DNA of 64,000 bases from Alphaproteobacteria bacterium (lineage in GTDB: Bacteria; Pseudomonadota; Alphaproteobacteria; MPNO01), in contig OZ219866.1 of assembly GCA_964291675.2 (NCBI GenBank), positions 288,001-352,000 on the forward strand, given 5' to 3'. Made by a program: the position numbers and the translations under genes. Below the pieces are notes generated by a model. It saw nothing but the letters and a program-made list of their open reading frames with translations. It ran no database searches and had not been told where the DNA came from. Of this stretch, positions 22,219-31,604 are shown piece by piece. Every line of letters begins with the position of its first letter. Position 1 is the first letter of the stretch.

Positions 22219-24231
22219 CCCGACTTCCGCAACTCGGCACGCGTTTCGATTAATTTGACGTTTTTTCGGCGCGTGAAGTGGCAGCTTTCCGGGCTTTGGC
22301 TCTCGAGAACCGCGTGTAGTGCCGACCTACCCCCTTGATCGGGCCGGCGAAGCGCCGGACGCTGCGCCGATGTTCGTGCGCTGCAAGCGGCGCTTCAAGG
22401 ACGGTAAGGAGCACCGTTACTGGAGCGTGGTGGAGAACGTCCGGGTTCGCGGCGGGCGGGTCGTTCAGCGTCAGGTTCTCTATCTCGGCGAGATCAACGA
22501 CAGCCAGCGCGCGGCGTGGTGCCGCTCCATCGAGGTTGTGGAGGGCAAGTCGGGGTCTCGCCAGATGGCTCTGTTTCCCGAGGATCGCGACGCGCCGGCG
22601 CTGGACTGCGAGGTGGTCAAGATCGACGTGGCGGAGGTGTCGCTGCACGATCCGCGCCAGTGGGGGGCGCGCTGGCTCGCTCTGGCCTTGTGGGAGCGCC
22701 TGGATCTGGACCGCTTCTGGGGTGCGCGCCTGCCGCCGAGCCGGCAAGGCACGCGGTGGCTGGACGTGCTGAAGATATTGGTCTGCTACCGGCTGATCGA
22801 CCCTGGCAGTGAGTGGCGTCTTCACCGTCACTGGTACGAGCACAGCGCGCTGCGCGATCTTCTGGGCAGCGACCGGGCGATCGCCGACGACACGCTGTAT
22901 CGCTGCCTCGACAAGCTGGTCGCGCACAAGCAGGACTTCTTCTCGTTCCTGCGCGCCCGCTGGGCGACGTTGTTCGACGCGCGCTTCGACGTGCTGCTCT
23001 ACGATCTGACCTCGACCTATTTCGAGAGCGATCCGCCGTTCGAGGACAAGCGCCGCTTCGGCTACAGCCGGGACCGGCGCCCGGACTGCGTACAGGTGGT
23101 GATCGCGCTGATCGTCACGCCCGAGGGCTTCCCGCTGGCCTACGAGGTGATGCCAGGGAACACCGCCGAGCAGGCCACGCTGGCGGCGTTCCTGGAGAAG
23201 ATCGAGGGTCAATACGGCCGCTCCGAGCGGATCTGGATCATGGACCGCGGCATCCCCAGCGAGGAGACGCTGGCCTCGATGCGCGAGGGCGAGGCGCCGC
23301 TGCGCTATCTGGTGGGCACGCCCAAGGGCCGGCTGACGCGGCTCGAGACGGCATTCCTCGGCCTGCCCTGGCAGGAGGTGCGCCAGTCCGTGGACGTGAA
23401 GCTGCTGGTCGAAGACGGCGAACTCTACGTCCTGGTGCGCTCGGAGGGGCGGCTCTTGAAGGAGCGCGGCATGCGCCGGCGCCGGCTCGGCAAGCTGTGG
23501 CGCCGGCTGGCCGAGCTGCAAGGGCAGTCCAACAGCCGGGACCGGCTGATGCTCAAGCTCGGCGCCGCCAAGAAGGAGGCGGGCCGGGCCTGGAGCCTGG
23601 TCGACATCCGCCTGCCCGAGACCGACGAGGAACTCGCCGCCAACGGCTTCTCATTCCGCCTGCGGCGCGACCGGCTGCGCCGCGTCCGCCGCCGCGAGGG
23701 CCGCTACCTGTTGCGCTCCAACATGGTGGCCGAAGACCCGGCCACGCTGTGGCGCCTGTACATGCGGCTCATCGAGATCGAGCAAGCCTTCAAGGAGCTC
23801 AAGCACGAGCTTGCAATCCGGCCCATCTTCCATCGGCGCGAGGCGCGGATCGAGGCGCACATCTTCGTGTCCTTCATCGCCTACTGCCTGCTGGTGACGC
23901 TGAAGAACCTCGCCCGCCCCCGCGCCAACGGCCTGACCCCGCGTGCCATCATCGAGGCCTTCGCCACCATCCAGATGGTCGACGTCCACCTGCCGACCGC
24001 CGACGGCCGCCACCTCGTCCTGCCGCGCCACACCCGGCCGAACAAGCAGCACGAGCTTCTGCTGCACCAGCTCGGAATGACCCTGCCGCAACAACCGGCG
24101 CCGCGCATCGCCGCCTGACAACCCACGCCGCGCCTCTCCGTTCGGCGCCCTGTAGTGCCGACCTTTGGAGGTGCGATCACAGAGAATCAATGGGTTAGAG
24201 CCTCCATAACCGTTGAGTTGCGGAAGTCGGG
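22219..24231 (+). mobile_element. IS1634-like insertion sequence with 17-bp perfect terminal inverted repeats and CTAG target duplication
   Basis: CCCGACTTCCGCAACTC at 22219-22235 and its reverse complement at 24215-24231; CTAG at 22215-22218 and 24232-24235. Confidence 0.9.
22370..24118 (+). CDS. DDE transposase, IS1634-like
   Basis: LYDLTSTYFE, FGYSRDRRPD, IMDRG, IEQAFKELK..LAIRPIFH; uninterrupted frame. Confidence 0.9.
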   Translation: MFVRCKRRFKDGKEHRYWSVVENVRVRGGRVVQRQVLYLGEINDSQRAAWCRSIEVVEGKSGSRQMALFPEDRDAPALDCEVVKIDVAEVSLHDPRQWGARWLALALWERLDLDRFWGARLPPSRQGTRWLDVLKILVCYRLIDPGSEWRLHRHWYEHSALRDLLGSDRAIADDTLYRCLDKLVAHKQDFFSFLRARWATLFDARFDVLLYDLTSTYFESDPPFEDKRRFGYSRDRRPDCVQVVIALIVTPEGFPLAYEVMPGNTAEQATLAAFLEKIEGQYGRSERIWIMDRGIPSEETLASMREGEAPLRYLVGTPKGRLTRLETAFLGLPWQEVRQSVDVKLLVEDGELYVLVRSEGRLLKERGMRRRRLGKLWRRLAELQGQSNSRDRLMLKLGAAKKEAGRAWSLVDIRLPETDEELAANGFSFRLRRDRLRRVRRREGRYLLRSNMVAEDPATLWRLYMRLIEIEQAFKELKHELAIRPIFHRREARIEAHIFVSFIAYCLLVTLKNLARPRANGLTPRAIIEAFATIQMVDVHLPTADGRHLVLPRHTRPNKQHELLLHQLGMTLPQQPAPRIAA

Positions 24232-24741
24232 CTAGCCGTGCATCTGCCTGTATGCGAGCAACGCGGTGAGAAAGGTGTCGGCCTGAAGGGTTCCCCGGAC
24301 GTCGCGCCAATCGCGAAATGCGCGTTCGGCGCTCTCGATGAGGTCGAGCGTCTCGCCTCGGGTGAACCGGCGGGCGCGGTCGTAATCGGCACGGTGGCGG
24401 GCTGCCTGGAGCTCGACAAAGGTTTGGGCCACATCGGTCAGCCCGGGCTGGATGGGTCGACCGTCGAAGCCACGGGAAAGCTTGCGGGATACGCGTCTCT
24501 GGGCGAATTGGTTCGCGGCCTGTTTCATGGCGGAGTGGCTGAACGCGCGTGCCAGGCAATCGCGGAGCGGGCCGCGGGGGCGGCCGGACAGCATGAGCCT
24601 CGTCGCTTCGTCGACAAGCAGGTGAAACAGGGCGTAGTAGGTGGCGGACACGGCCCGGCGAAGGCTGGCCTGCGAGGGCCTCCTGGGCTCCTTGACGGCA
24701 AGGAAACGCGCCTGTTTCAGAAGATCCGCCTGCAGCGTCAC
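24232..24741 (-). CDS. HEPN-like protein (putative toxin/RNase)
   Basis: RRAVSATYYALFH and RHRADY motifs typical of HEPN domains; GTG start overlaps upstream TGA. Confidence 0.72.
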   Translation of the reverse strand: MTLQADLLKQARFLAVKEPRRPSQASLRRAVSATYYALFHLLVDEATRLMLSGRPRGPLRDCLARAFSHSAMKQAANQFAQRRVSRKLSRGFDGRPIQPGLTDVAQTFVELQAARHRADYDRARRFTRGETLDLIESAERAFRDWRDVRGTLQADTFLTALLAYRQMHG

Positions 24742-25019
24742 ATCGCCTGCTCCATCTCGGATGCTCGGGGGAAACTGACATAGACCAGAACCTCGGTGCC
24801 GGCCTCCTCGCGCACCCGTTCCCGGATCATCCGACGCAGCAGGTGGCGGGTGTCGAAGTCGACGTCGTCGTCGCGCAGGACGGCCCGAACCCAGACGGCG
24901 GGATCGTCGGTCCAATCGGGCCCGGTCTCGATCTGCCACTCGGATACCGGCGTCGGGAGCCGGGGAAGACTTTGCAGCGCCTGTTCGATCGACTTTGCCG
25001 AGATTTCCATTTGCGTCAC
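24738..25019 (-). CDS. Small acidic protein coupled to HEPN gene (possible divergent MNT-like antitoxin)
   Basis: 93 aa, 4-nt overlap with HEPN gene; GPDWTDDPAVWV; lacks canonical GS..DxD. Confidence 0.6.
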   Translation of the reverse strand: MTQMEISAKSIEQALQSLPRLPTPVSEWQIETGPDWTDDPAVWVRAVLRDDDVDFDTRHLLRRMIRERVREEAGTEVLVYVSFPRASEMEQAM

Positions 25020-25195
25020 CCTGGCACCGTTGTCGCTCCCATCCGCGATCCCGGCAGGGGCACCGCGCGGCGGCCCCGGTCCGGAGTATGGTCGCGGGAG
25101 CTTGCGAATTCAATCTTCGGTAGTATCGCCGACACGGGTGCGTCCGCCGGGCCGCGGCGCCAGCGCTGCCGGCCCAGGGGTCGTCCGCGGCCGTG

Positions 25196-25660
25196 TCAGT
25201 CCCTGGCGCGCATGAGCCGCGCCTGCTGGCGCTGCCAGTCGCGCTTCTTCTCGGTCTGGCGCTTGTCGTACTGGCGCTTGCCGTGGGCCAGTCCGAGCTC
25301 CAGCTTGGCGATCCCGCGGTCGTTGAAATAGAGCCTGAGCGGCACCATGGTCGCGCCGTCGCGCTGCACCGCGCCCAGCAGCCGGTCGATCTGGCGGCGC
25401 TGCAGGAGCAGCTTGCGCGGGCGCCTTGCGTCGTGCCCGGCGGGCCCCGCCTGCTCGTATTCGTCGATATGCGCGTTGACCAGGAAGATCTCGCCTTCGA
25501 CCGGCCGCGCATAGGCTTCGGAGATGTTCGCCCGCCCGGCGCGCAGCGACTTCACCTCGCTGCCGGTGAGCTGGATCCCGGCTTCGAGAGAGGATTCTAT
25601 CGAGTAGTTGCGCCGTGCCTTGCGGTTGTCCGCCGCGACCCGGGTGGTCCCCCGCGCCAT
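25196..25660 (-). CDS. smpB: SsrA-binding protein
   Basis: [29 protein letters not shown]. Confidence 0.97.
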   Translation of the reverse strand: MARGTTRVAADNRKARRNYSIESSLEAGIQLTGSEVKSLRAGRANISEAYARPVEGEIFLVNAHIDEYEQAGPAGHDARRPRKLLLQRRQIDRLLGAVQRDGATMVPLRLYFNDRGIAKLELGLAHGKRQYDKRQTEKKRDWQRQQARLMRARD

Positions 25661-25664
25661 GGAG

Positions 25665-26540
25665 TCAATTGAGCAGCCCGGCGGAGCGCATCGCGTCCTC
25701 GACCGTGCGCCTGGAGCTCTCGGCGATCTCGCAGAGCGGCAGCCTGGTGTCGGGCAGGCACTTGCCGAGCAGGCTCGCGCCGTACTTCACCGGGCCCGGG
25801 CTGGTCTCGCAGAACAGGCCGGAATGGAGCGGCATCAGGCGCTCGTTGATGCGCTGGGCGGCATCGACCTCCCTGCCTTGCCAGGCGCGGTGCATCTCCG
25901 ACATGTCCTTCGGCGCGAGGTTGGCGGTCACCGAGATGCAGCCGTCGCCGCCCTGGGCGAGGAAGCCGAGCTGGGTCACGTCCTCGCCGGAGAGCTGGCA
26001 GAAATCGGCGCCGGCGGCGAGGCGCTGCTGCGTCGCGCGCGACACGTCGGCGGTGGCATCCTTGACGCCCACGATGTTGGGCAGCTCGGCGAGCCGGGCC
26101 ATGGTCTCGACCTTCATGTCGACGATCGAGCGCCCGGGGATGTTGTAAATGACGATCGGCAGGTCGGCCGCGTCGTTGAGCGCCTTGTAGTGCCGGTAGA
26201 GCCCTTCCTGGGTCGGCTTGTTGTAATAGGGCGTGACCACCAGCGCGGCGTCGGCGCCGGCCTCCTTGGCATGCAGCGTCAGCTCGACCGCCTCCTCGGT
26301 GCAGTTCGACCCGGTGCCGGCGATCACCGGCACCCGCCCCCTGGCGACGCCGATGCAGATCTCCGTCACCCGGCGGTGCTCCGCGTGGCTGAGCGTGGGC
26401 GATTCGCCCGTCGTCCCGCACGGCACCACGGCCTGGGTGCCCTCTTCGATCTGCCAGTCGATAAACGCCTCGTAGGCCTCCTCGTCGACCGCGCCGTCCC
26501 GGAACGGGGTGATCAACGCGCAGATGGAGCCGTTGAACAT
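25665..26540 (-). CDS. dapA: 4-hydroxy-tetrahydrodipicolinate synthase
   Basis: [27 protein letters not shown]; ATG at 26540. Confidence 0.96.
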   Translation of the reverse strand: MFNGSICALITPFRDGAVDEEAYEAFIDWQIEEGTQAVVPCGTTGESPTLSHAEHRRVTEICIGVARGRVPVIAGTGSNCTEEAVELTLHAKEAGADAALVVTPYYNKPTQEGLYRHYKALNDAADLPIVIYNIPGRSIVDMKVETMARLAELPNIVGVKDATADVSRATQQRLAAGADFCQLSGEDVTQLGFLAQGGDGCISVTANLAPKDMSEMHRAWQGREVDAAQRINERLMPLHSGLFCETSPGPVKYGASLLGKCLPDTRLPLCEIAESSRRTVEDAMRSAGLLN

Positions 26541-26644
26541 CGTGACCTCCGGCGAGAGTTCGTCCGCCGCGCGCGCCGGCGGATCGCTGTCCGACAACCT
26601 ACCCCCGGTCCGGGGGGCGGGCAAGCGGCCGGGCGTCCGCCGCA

Positions 26645-26796
26645 CCCCGTCGCGGCCGGCCCCCGGATCGAGTCCGGGGGCGATCCCGCCATCCATGCGG
26701 CCTCTCCGGCGGCGAGGCGGCCGGTCGGGAGGGATGCCGGCGCCCGTGGATGCCCGGAACAAGTCCGGGCAAGACGGGGTGGGGACGGGCATGACG
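26645..26796. repeat. REP-like palindromic element, family A (degenerate)
   Basis: Contains cccggatcgagtccggg, ccatgcggcctct and gatgcccggaacaagtccgggca, similar to copies at 40234 and 46369. Confidence 0.65.
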
Positions 26797-26842
26797 GCTT
26801 GGGGGAGGCCCGGGCTTTCCGCCTCGCTCCGCGCCGAATGTC

Positions 26843-27406
26843 CTACCCGGACCCGCGCCCGCGCTCGAGCTCGGCGATGCGCTGTTCGAGCTCCTTGATC
26901 CGGCGCTCGAGGGCTTCGTTCCCGCCCGCGCCGTCCCCGGCTTCCGGCTCGCGCCCGGAAAGGGCGGCGAGCGAGCGCTGGAACTCCTCCAGATTGCGCC
27001 GCGACAGATCGGCCATCCGGTCGAGCGCGGTGCCGGGGTCGAACATCTCGCCCATCTGGCGGGCGACGTTCTGCTGGTGGTTGGCGAAGGCCTCCATGCC
27101 GCGCTCCAGAAAGGCGGCGAGCTGCGGCCCCACCCCCTCGCTATAGGCCTTGAGCGCCTGGCGCAGATAGTCGTGCGGCAGCACGCTGTGCCCCCTGGTC
27201 TCCTCCTCGGCGATGATCTGGGCGAGCACCGAGGCGGTGATGTCGCGCCCGGTCTTCTCGTCGCGCACCACGAACAGCTCGCCCGCCTTCACCATGCGGT
27301 GCAGATCGTCGAGCCTGACGAAGGATGCCGTCGCCGTGTTGTAGAGCCGGCGGTTGGCGTATTTCTTGATGACCACCGGTCGGTTCGGCGCGTCCTGGTC
27401 GGCCAC
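26843..27406 (-). CDS. phaR: PHA synthesis repressor
   Basis: VVIKKYANRRLYNT, DITASVLAQII; divergent from phasin. Confidence 0.93.
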   Translation of the reverse strand: MADQDAPNRPVVIKKYANRRLYNTATASFVRLDDLHRMVKAGELFVVRDEKTGRDITASVLAQIIAEEETRGHSVLPHDYLRQALKAYSEGVGPQLAAFLERGMEAFANHQQNVARQMGEMFDPGTALDRMADLSRRNLEEFQRSLAALSGREPEAGDGAGGNEALERRIKELEQRIAELERGRGSG

Positions 27407-27451
27407 GGGGGGGCTCCTTTCGGCACCATTGTGGCACAGCGGCGGGCGCTG

Positions 27452-27541
27452 CCGCGACGCAAAACGCGGCTCTTTTTGTGTCGCAAAAAGAGCTCTTGCA
27501 AATGCCGGAAGGCCGCCTATATTCCTTTTTGCAACGCAAAA
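27452..27541. promoter_or_regulatory. Putative PhaR operators and phasin sigma70 promoter
   Basis: Palindromes GCTCTTTTTG-tgtcg-CAAAAAGAGC (27469-27493) and TTTTGCAACGCAAAA (27527-27541); TTGCAA-N16-TATATT at 27496-27523. Confidence 0.65.
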
Positions 27542-27571
27542 TACACCCCGTCGAATCCCAAGGAGAATCCG

Positions 27572-27991
27572 ATGACCGCCGAAAAGCCCGCCGCCAAGCC
27601 GACCGCCAAGCCCGCCCCCAAGGCCGCGCCCCGCATCGAGGAGCAGGTCGAGATGGCCAAGACCGTCGGCGCCGCCAATCTCGACGCGCTCGCCGAGGCC
27701 TCGGCGCTCGCCTTCGACGGCGCCCAGGCCTGCATCGCCGAGATGGCGGACTATGCCCGCGGCTCGGTCGCCAGCGGCTTCGACCTCGTCGAGCGCCTGT
27801 CCGCGGTGAAGACCCCGCAGGAGTTCGTCGCGATCCAGATCGAGGCCGGCAAGGACTCGGTCAACCGCGCCGTCGCGCAGACCACCAAGATCAACCGGAT
27901 GGTCGGCGACTCGGTGATCAAGGCGTCCGCGCCGCTGAACGCGCGCGCCAACGAGACCATGGAAGTCCTGCTCAAGCCCTACGCGGCGTAG
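27572..27991 (+). CDS. phaP: Phasin family protein
   Basis: AGGAG RBS, Ala/Lys/Pro-rich N-terminus, VKTPQEFVAIQ; between phaR and phaC. Confidence 0.85.
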   Translation: MTAEKPAAKPTAKPAPKAAPRIEEQVEMAKTVGAANLDALAEASALAFDGAQACIAEMADYARGSVASGFDLVERLSAVKTPQEFVAIQIEAGKDSVNRAVAQTTKINRMVGDSVIKASAPLNARANETMEVLLKPYAA

Positions 27992-28083
27992 TATCGAGGG
28001 ACGCGCGGGCTCGGGATGAGGGCAATTTTCAGTTCCCTCATCCCGAGCAGCCCCGGACTTGATCCGGGGCGTATCGAAGGACG
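27991..28083. repeat. REP-like element, family B
   Basis: gctcgggatgaggg..ccctcatcccgagc hairpin followed by gcgtatcgaaggacg, as at 53016-53124. Confidence 0.7.
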
Positions 28084-28175
28084 GCCGCGGATGCGTCGGC
28101 GGTTCCATCCGAAACGGATGCAGCCTAGACTCCCCGTCGACCGCCGGGGGTCGCCTCAAGCAAGGCGCGGAGGAG

Positions 28176-29954
28176 ATGACGCAGAAGGACCAGGACGGCG
28201 GCGCCGCAGACGACCCGGTCGCGGCGCTCGGCGAGGCCATGGGCGCCGCGGCGCAGCAATGGCAGGAGAGCTGGTCGGACTGGCTCGGCGCGCTGTCCGC
28301 GGCGGCGAAGGACGACGCGAAGCCCGATCTTGCGCCGACCGCCGTCAACCTCGATCCGGCGGCGATGCTGGAAGCCCAGATGGAGCTCTGGCGCGACTTC
28401 CAGGCGCTCTGGGCCTCGACCACCGCCCGTATGATGGGCGGGCAGGCCGAGCCGGTGATCGCGCCCGAGAAGGGCGACAACCGTTTCCGCGACGCCGAGT
28501 GGTCGGACAACCCGGTCTTCGACTTCCTCAAGCAGTCCTATCTGCTGAATGCGCGCTGGCTGCGCCGCAGCCTCGCCGGGGTCGAGGGGCTCGACCGCGG
28601 CGAGGCGGAGAAGCTCGACTTCATCGGCCGCCAGATCGTGGACGCGTTCTCGCCCGCCAACTTCGCGCTGACCAACCCGGTGGTGCTGCGCGAGATGCGC
28701 GAGACCAGGGGCGAGAGCCTGATGCGCGGGATGCGCCAGCTCGCCGAGGACCTCAAGGACTCCGAGCGCGGCCTGCGCCCCCGGCAGACCGACATGGACG
28801 CCTTCGAGGTCGGCGGCAACATCGCCACCGCCCCCGGCGCGGTGGTCTTCCAGAACCGGCTGATCCAGCTCATCCAGTACGAGCCGGCGACCGAGACGGT
28901 GTACCGCAAGCCGCTGCTCATCGTGCCGCCCTGGATCAACAAGTTCTACATCCTCGATCTCAGGCCGGACAATTCCTTCATCCGCTGGGCGGCGGCGCGC
29001 GGCTACACGGTGTTCGTCATCTCCTGGGTCAACCCGGACGAGAGCCACGCCTCGCTCCGCTTCGACGACTATCTGCGCGACGGCATCCTGGCCGCGCTCG
29101 ACGCCATCGAGCGGGCGACCGGCGAGCGCCAGACCACGGCGATCGGCTACTGCATCGGCGGCACGCTGCTCGCCGCGGCGCTCGCCTATATGGATGCGGT
29201 CGGGGACAAGCGGATCGGGGCGGCGACCTTCTTCGCCGCGCAGGTCGATTTCGAGGACGCGGGCGAGCTTCGCCTGTTCACCGACGAATCCCATATGGAG
29301 GCAATGGAGGCCAAGGTCCGCGAGAAGGGCTATCTCGACGCGGCCGACATGGCGGGGACCTTCAACGCGCTGCGCGCCAACGACCTGATCTGGCACTTCG
29401 TGATCAACAACTACCTGCTCGGCAAGGAGCCGCCGGCCTTCGACCTGTTGTTCTGGAACGCCGATTCGACCAACTTCCCGGCCGAGCTGTTCGTCGAGTA
29501 CATGCACAACATGTACCAGCACAACAACCTCGCGCGCCCGGGCGGGTTCGAGCTGATGGGCGAGAAGATCGATCTCGGGCGGATCGCCGTCCCGACCTAT
29601 ATCCAAGCCTCCAAGGAGGACCACATCGCGCCGGCCGCCTCGGTGTTCAAGCTGACCAGGCTGTTCGGCGGCCAGAAGCGCTTCGTGCTCGCGGGCTCCG
29701 GCCACATCGCGGGCGTGGTCAACCCGCCGGAGAAGAAGAAGTATCAGCACTGGCTGGCGAAGGACGGCGCCGGGCACGGCGATTTCGAGTCCTGGTTCGC
29801 CGCCGCGGAGGAGCATCCGGGCTCCTGGTGGCCGGACTGGCATCGCTGGCAATCGCGGCGTTCGGGCAAGAAGACACCCGCCCGCAGGCCGGGCGAGGGC
29901 GGGCTGGCCGCGATCGAGCCGGCGCCGGGGTCCTACGTCAAGCGGCGCAGCTAG
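28176..29954 (+). CDS. phaC: Class I PHA synthase
   Basis: PPWINKFYILDL, GYCIGG catalytic Cys, EDHIAP, SGHIAG, GSWW. Confidence 0.96.
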   Translation: MTQKDQDGGAADDPVAALGEAMGAAAQQWQESWSDWLGALSAAAKDDAKPDLAPTAVNLDPAAMLEAQMELWRDFQALWASTTARMMGGQAEPVIAPEKGDNRFRDAEWSDNPVFDFLKQSYLLNARWLRRSLAGVEGLDRGEAEKLDFIGRQIVDAFSPANFALTNPVVLREMRETRGESLMRGMRQLAEDLKDSERGLRPRQTDMDAFEVGGNIATAPGAVVFQNRLIQLIQYEPATETVYRKPLLIVPPWINKFYILDLRPDNSFIRWAAARGYTVFVISWVNPDESHASLRFDDYLRDGILAALDAIERATGERQTTAIGYCIGGTLLAAALAYMDAVGDKRIGAATFFAAQVDFEDAGELRLFTDESHMEAMEAKVREKGYLDAADMAGTFNALRANDLIWHFVINNYLLGKEPPAFDLLFWNADSTNFPAELFVEYMHNMYQHNNLARPGGFELMGEKIDLGRIAVPTYIQASKEDHIAPAASVFKLTRLFGGQKRFVLAGSGHIAGVVNPPEKKKYQHWLAKDGAGHGDFESWFAAAEEHPGSWWPDWHRWQSRRSGKKTPARRPGEGGLAAIEPAPGSYVKRRS

Positions 29955-29979
29955 CGCGACGACCGGAGGAGAGCGGAGC

Positions 29980-30219
29980 ATGAAGCTCAGCATCGATATC
30001 GACTGCACGCCCCAGGAGGCGCGGGCCTTTTTCGGCCTGCCCGATGTGGAGGGGATGCAGAAGGAAATGATGGCCGAGGTCCAGGACCAGCTACGCGCCC
30101 ATGTCGCGGCGATGGACCCGGAGGCGCTGATGAAGACCTGGATGCCGATGGGCACCAAGGCCTTCGAGACCTTCCGGGACGCCTTCATGCAGGGGTTCCA
30201 GAAACGCCCGTCGGATTAG
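29980..30219 (+). CDS. Small conserved protein (DUF6489-like)
   Basis: DIDCTPQEARAFFGLPDV motif, GGAG RBS. Confidence 0.8.
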   Translation: MKLSIDIDCTPQEARAFFGLPDVEGMQKEMMAEVQDQLRAHVAAMDPEALMKTWMPMGTKAFETFRDAFMQGFQKRPSD

Positions 30220-30403
30220 TGTCGTGGTTCAGAAGTTCCTGCGCATGCGGATGCGCCGATGCCCGGTCCCTCGGGGCGAGTCTTTCCCACAATTCGTCAT
30301 GCCTCCCGATCGTCATGCCCGGCCTCCGGACCAAGTCCGGGGGCCGGGCATGACGTGATGGGAGTCCGGTGCAGATGGACGTGAATTTCTGATCCGGGTC
30401 ACT
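30218..30403. repeat. MITE-like element with imperfect terminal inverted repeats enclosing a family A REP hairpin
   Basis: 30218-30238 versus reverse complement of 30383-30403 match 16 of 21; hairpin cgtcatgcccggc..gccgggcatgacg at 30311-30355. Confidence 0.55.
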
Positions 30404-30439
30404 GGCGGCGCGGACAGGTTTCAAACAAGAGGATTCGCG

Positions 30440-30937
30440 ATGGACTCGAACGACCGGCCGGCGGCCGACCCGATGCACGGCTACTTCCTGGAGGATCTCG
30501 AAATCGGCATGTCCGCGGTCTACGGGCGCACCATCGCGGAGGGCGACGTGAGCCTGTTCGCCGGGCTGTGCGGCGACGACAACCCGCTCCACGTCCACGA
30601 GGAGTTCGCGTCCCGCAGCCGCTTCGAGGGCAGGGTGGTGCACGGCGCGCACACCGCGAGCCTGATCTCCACCGTGCTCGGCACCCGCATGCCCGGCCCG
30701 GGCGCGATCTATCTCAGCCAGAACAGCCGCTTCAGGGCGCCGGTGCGGATCGGCGACACGGTCAACGTGCGGGCGACCGTCACCGGGATCGACCGCGGCC
30801 GGAACCGGGCCATCATCGAGACGGTGTGCAGCGTGGGCGAGACCGTGGTGATCGACGGCGAGGCCACGGTCTGGGTGCCGTCGCGCCCGGAGCCCGGATC
30901 GGAGGAGGAGGCAGGCGGTGAGCGCAACGGCGTTTGA
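30440..30937 (+). CDS. MaoC family (R)-specific enoyl-CoA hydratase (PhaJ-like)
   Basis: GDDNPLH, VVHGA, PGPGAIYLSQ. Confidence 0.9.
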   Translation: MDSNDRPAADPMHGYFLEDLEIGMSAVYGRTIAEGDVSLFAGLCGDDNPLHVHEEFASRSRFEGRVVHGAHTASLISTVLGTRMPGPGAIYLSQNSRFRAPVRIGDTVNVRATVTGIDRGRNRAIIETVCSVGETVVIDGEATVWVPSRPEPGSEEEAGGERNGV

Positions 30938-31604
30938 CGATATCGGCGCCTGCGTCTTCGACGCCTACGGCACCCTGCTCGACTTCAACTCCGCGGCCGA
31001 GCGCTGCCGCGACCGGATCGGCGGGCGCGCCGACGAGCTGTCGGCGCTGTGGCGGCAGAAGCAGCTGCAATACACCTGGCTGCGCAGCCTGATGGGCCGC
31101 TTCGTCGATTTCTGGCACGTCACCGGCGAGGCGCTCGACTTTTCGATGAAAGAGGTCGGGCTCGACGACCCGGCGCTGCGGGCCGAGCTGATGCAGCTCT
31201 ATCTCAGCCTCGAACCCTACCCGGACGCGCGCGGCTGCCTGGAGCGCGTCAAGCAGGCCGGGTGCCGGACGGCGATCCTCTCCAACGGCTCGATGACGAT
31301 GCTGGTCGCGGCGGTCAAGAACGCCGGGCTCGACCACCTGGTGGATGCGATCTACTCGGTCGACCGGACGGAGATCTTCAAGCCGCACCACTCGGTCTAC
31401 CAGATGCCGGTCGACGAGCTGAAGCTGCCGGCCCCGCGGATCTGCTTCCTGTCGGCCAATGGCTGGGACGCGCATGGCGCGGCCGCGTTCGGCTTCCGCA
31501 CCGCCTGGATCAACCGCGCCGGCCAGACGGCGGAGAACCTGCCGGGCGACATCCAGGCGGAGCTCTCCTCGCTCGCCGAGCTGCCCGCGCTGCTCGGTGG
31601 CTGA
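30918..31604 (+). CDS. Haloacid dehalogenase type II
   Basis: FDAYGTL, WRQKQLQYTWL, LSNG, FKP, SANGWD. Confidence 0.92.
   Translation: MSATAFDDIGACVFDAYGTLLDFNSAAERCRDRIGGRADELSALWRQKQLQYTWLRSLMGRFVDFWHVTGEALDFSMKEVGLDDPALRAELMQLYLSLEPYPDARGCLERVKQAGCRTAILSNGSMTMLVAAVKNAGLDHLVDAIYSVDRTEIFKPHHSVYQMPVDELKLPAPRICFLSANGWDAHGAAAFGFRTAWINRAGQTAENLPGDIQAELSSLAELPALLGG

Noticed and set aside
25020-25195. Possible tmRNA next to smpB
   Set aside because: No tRNA-like ends or tag reading frame recognised
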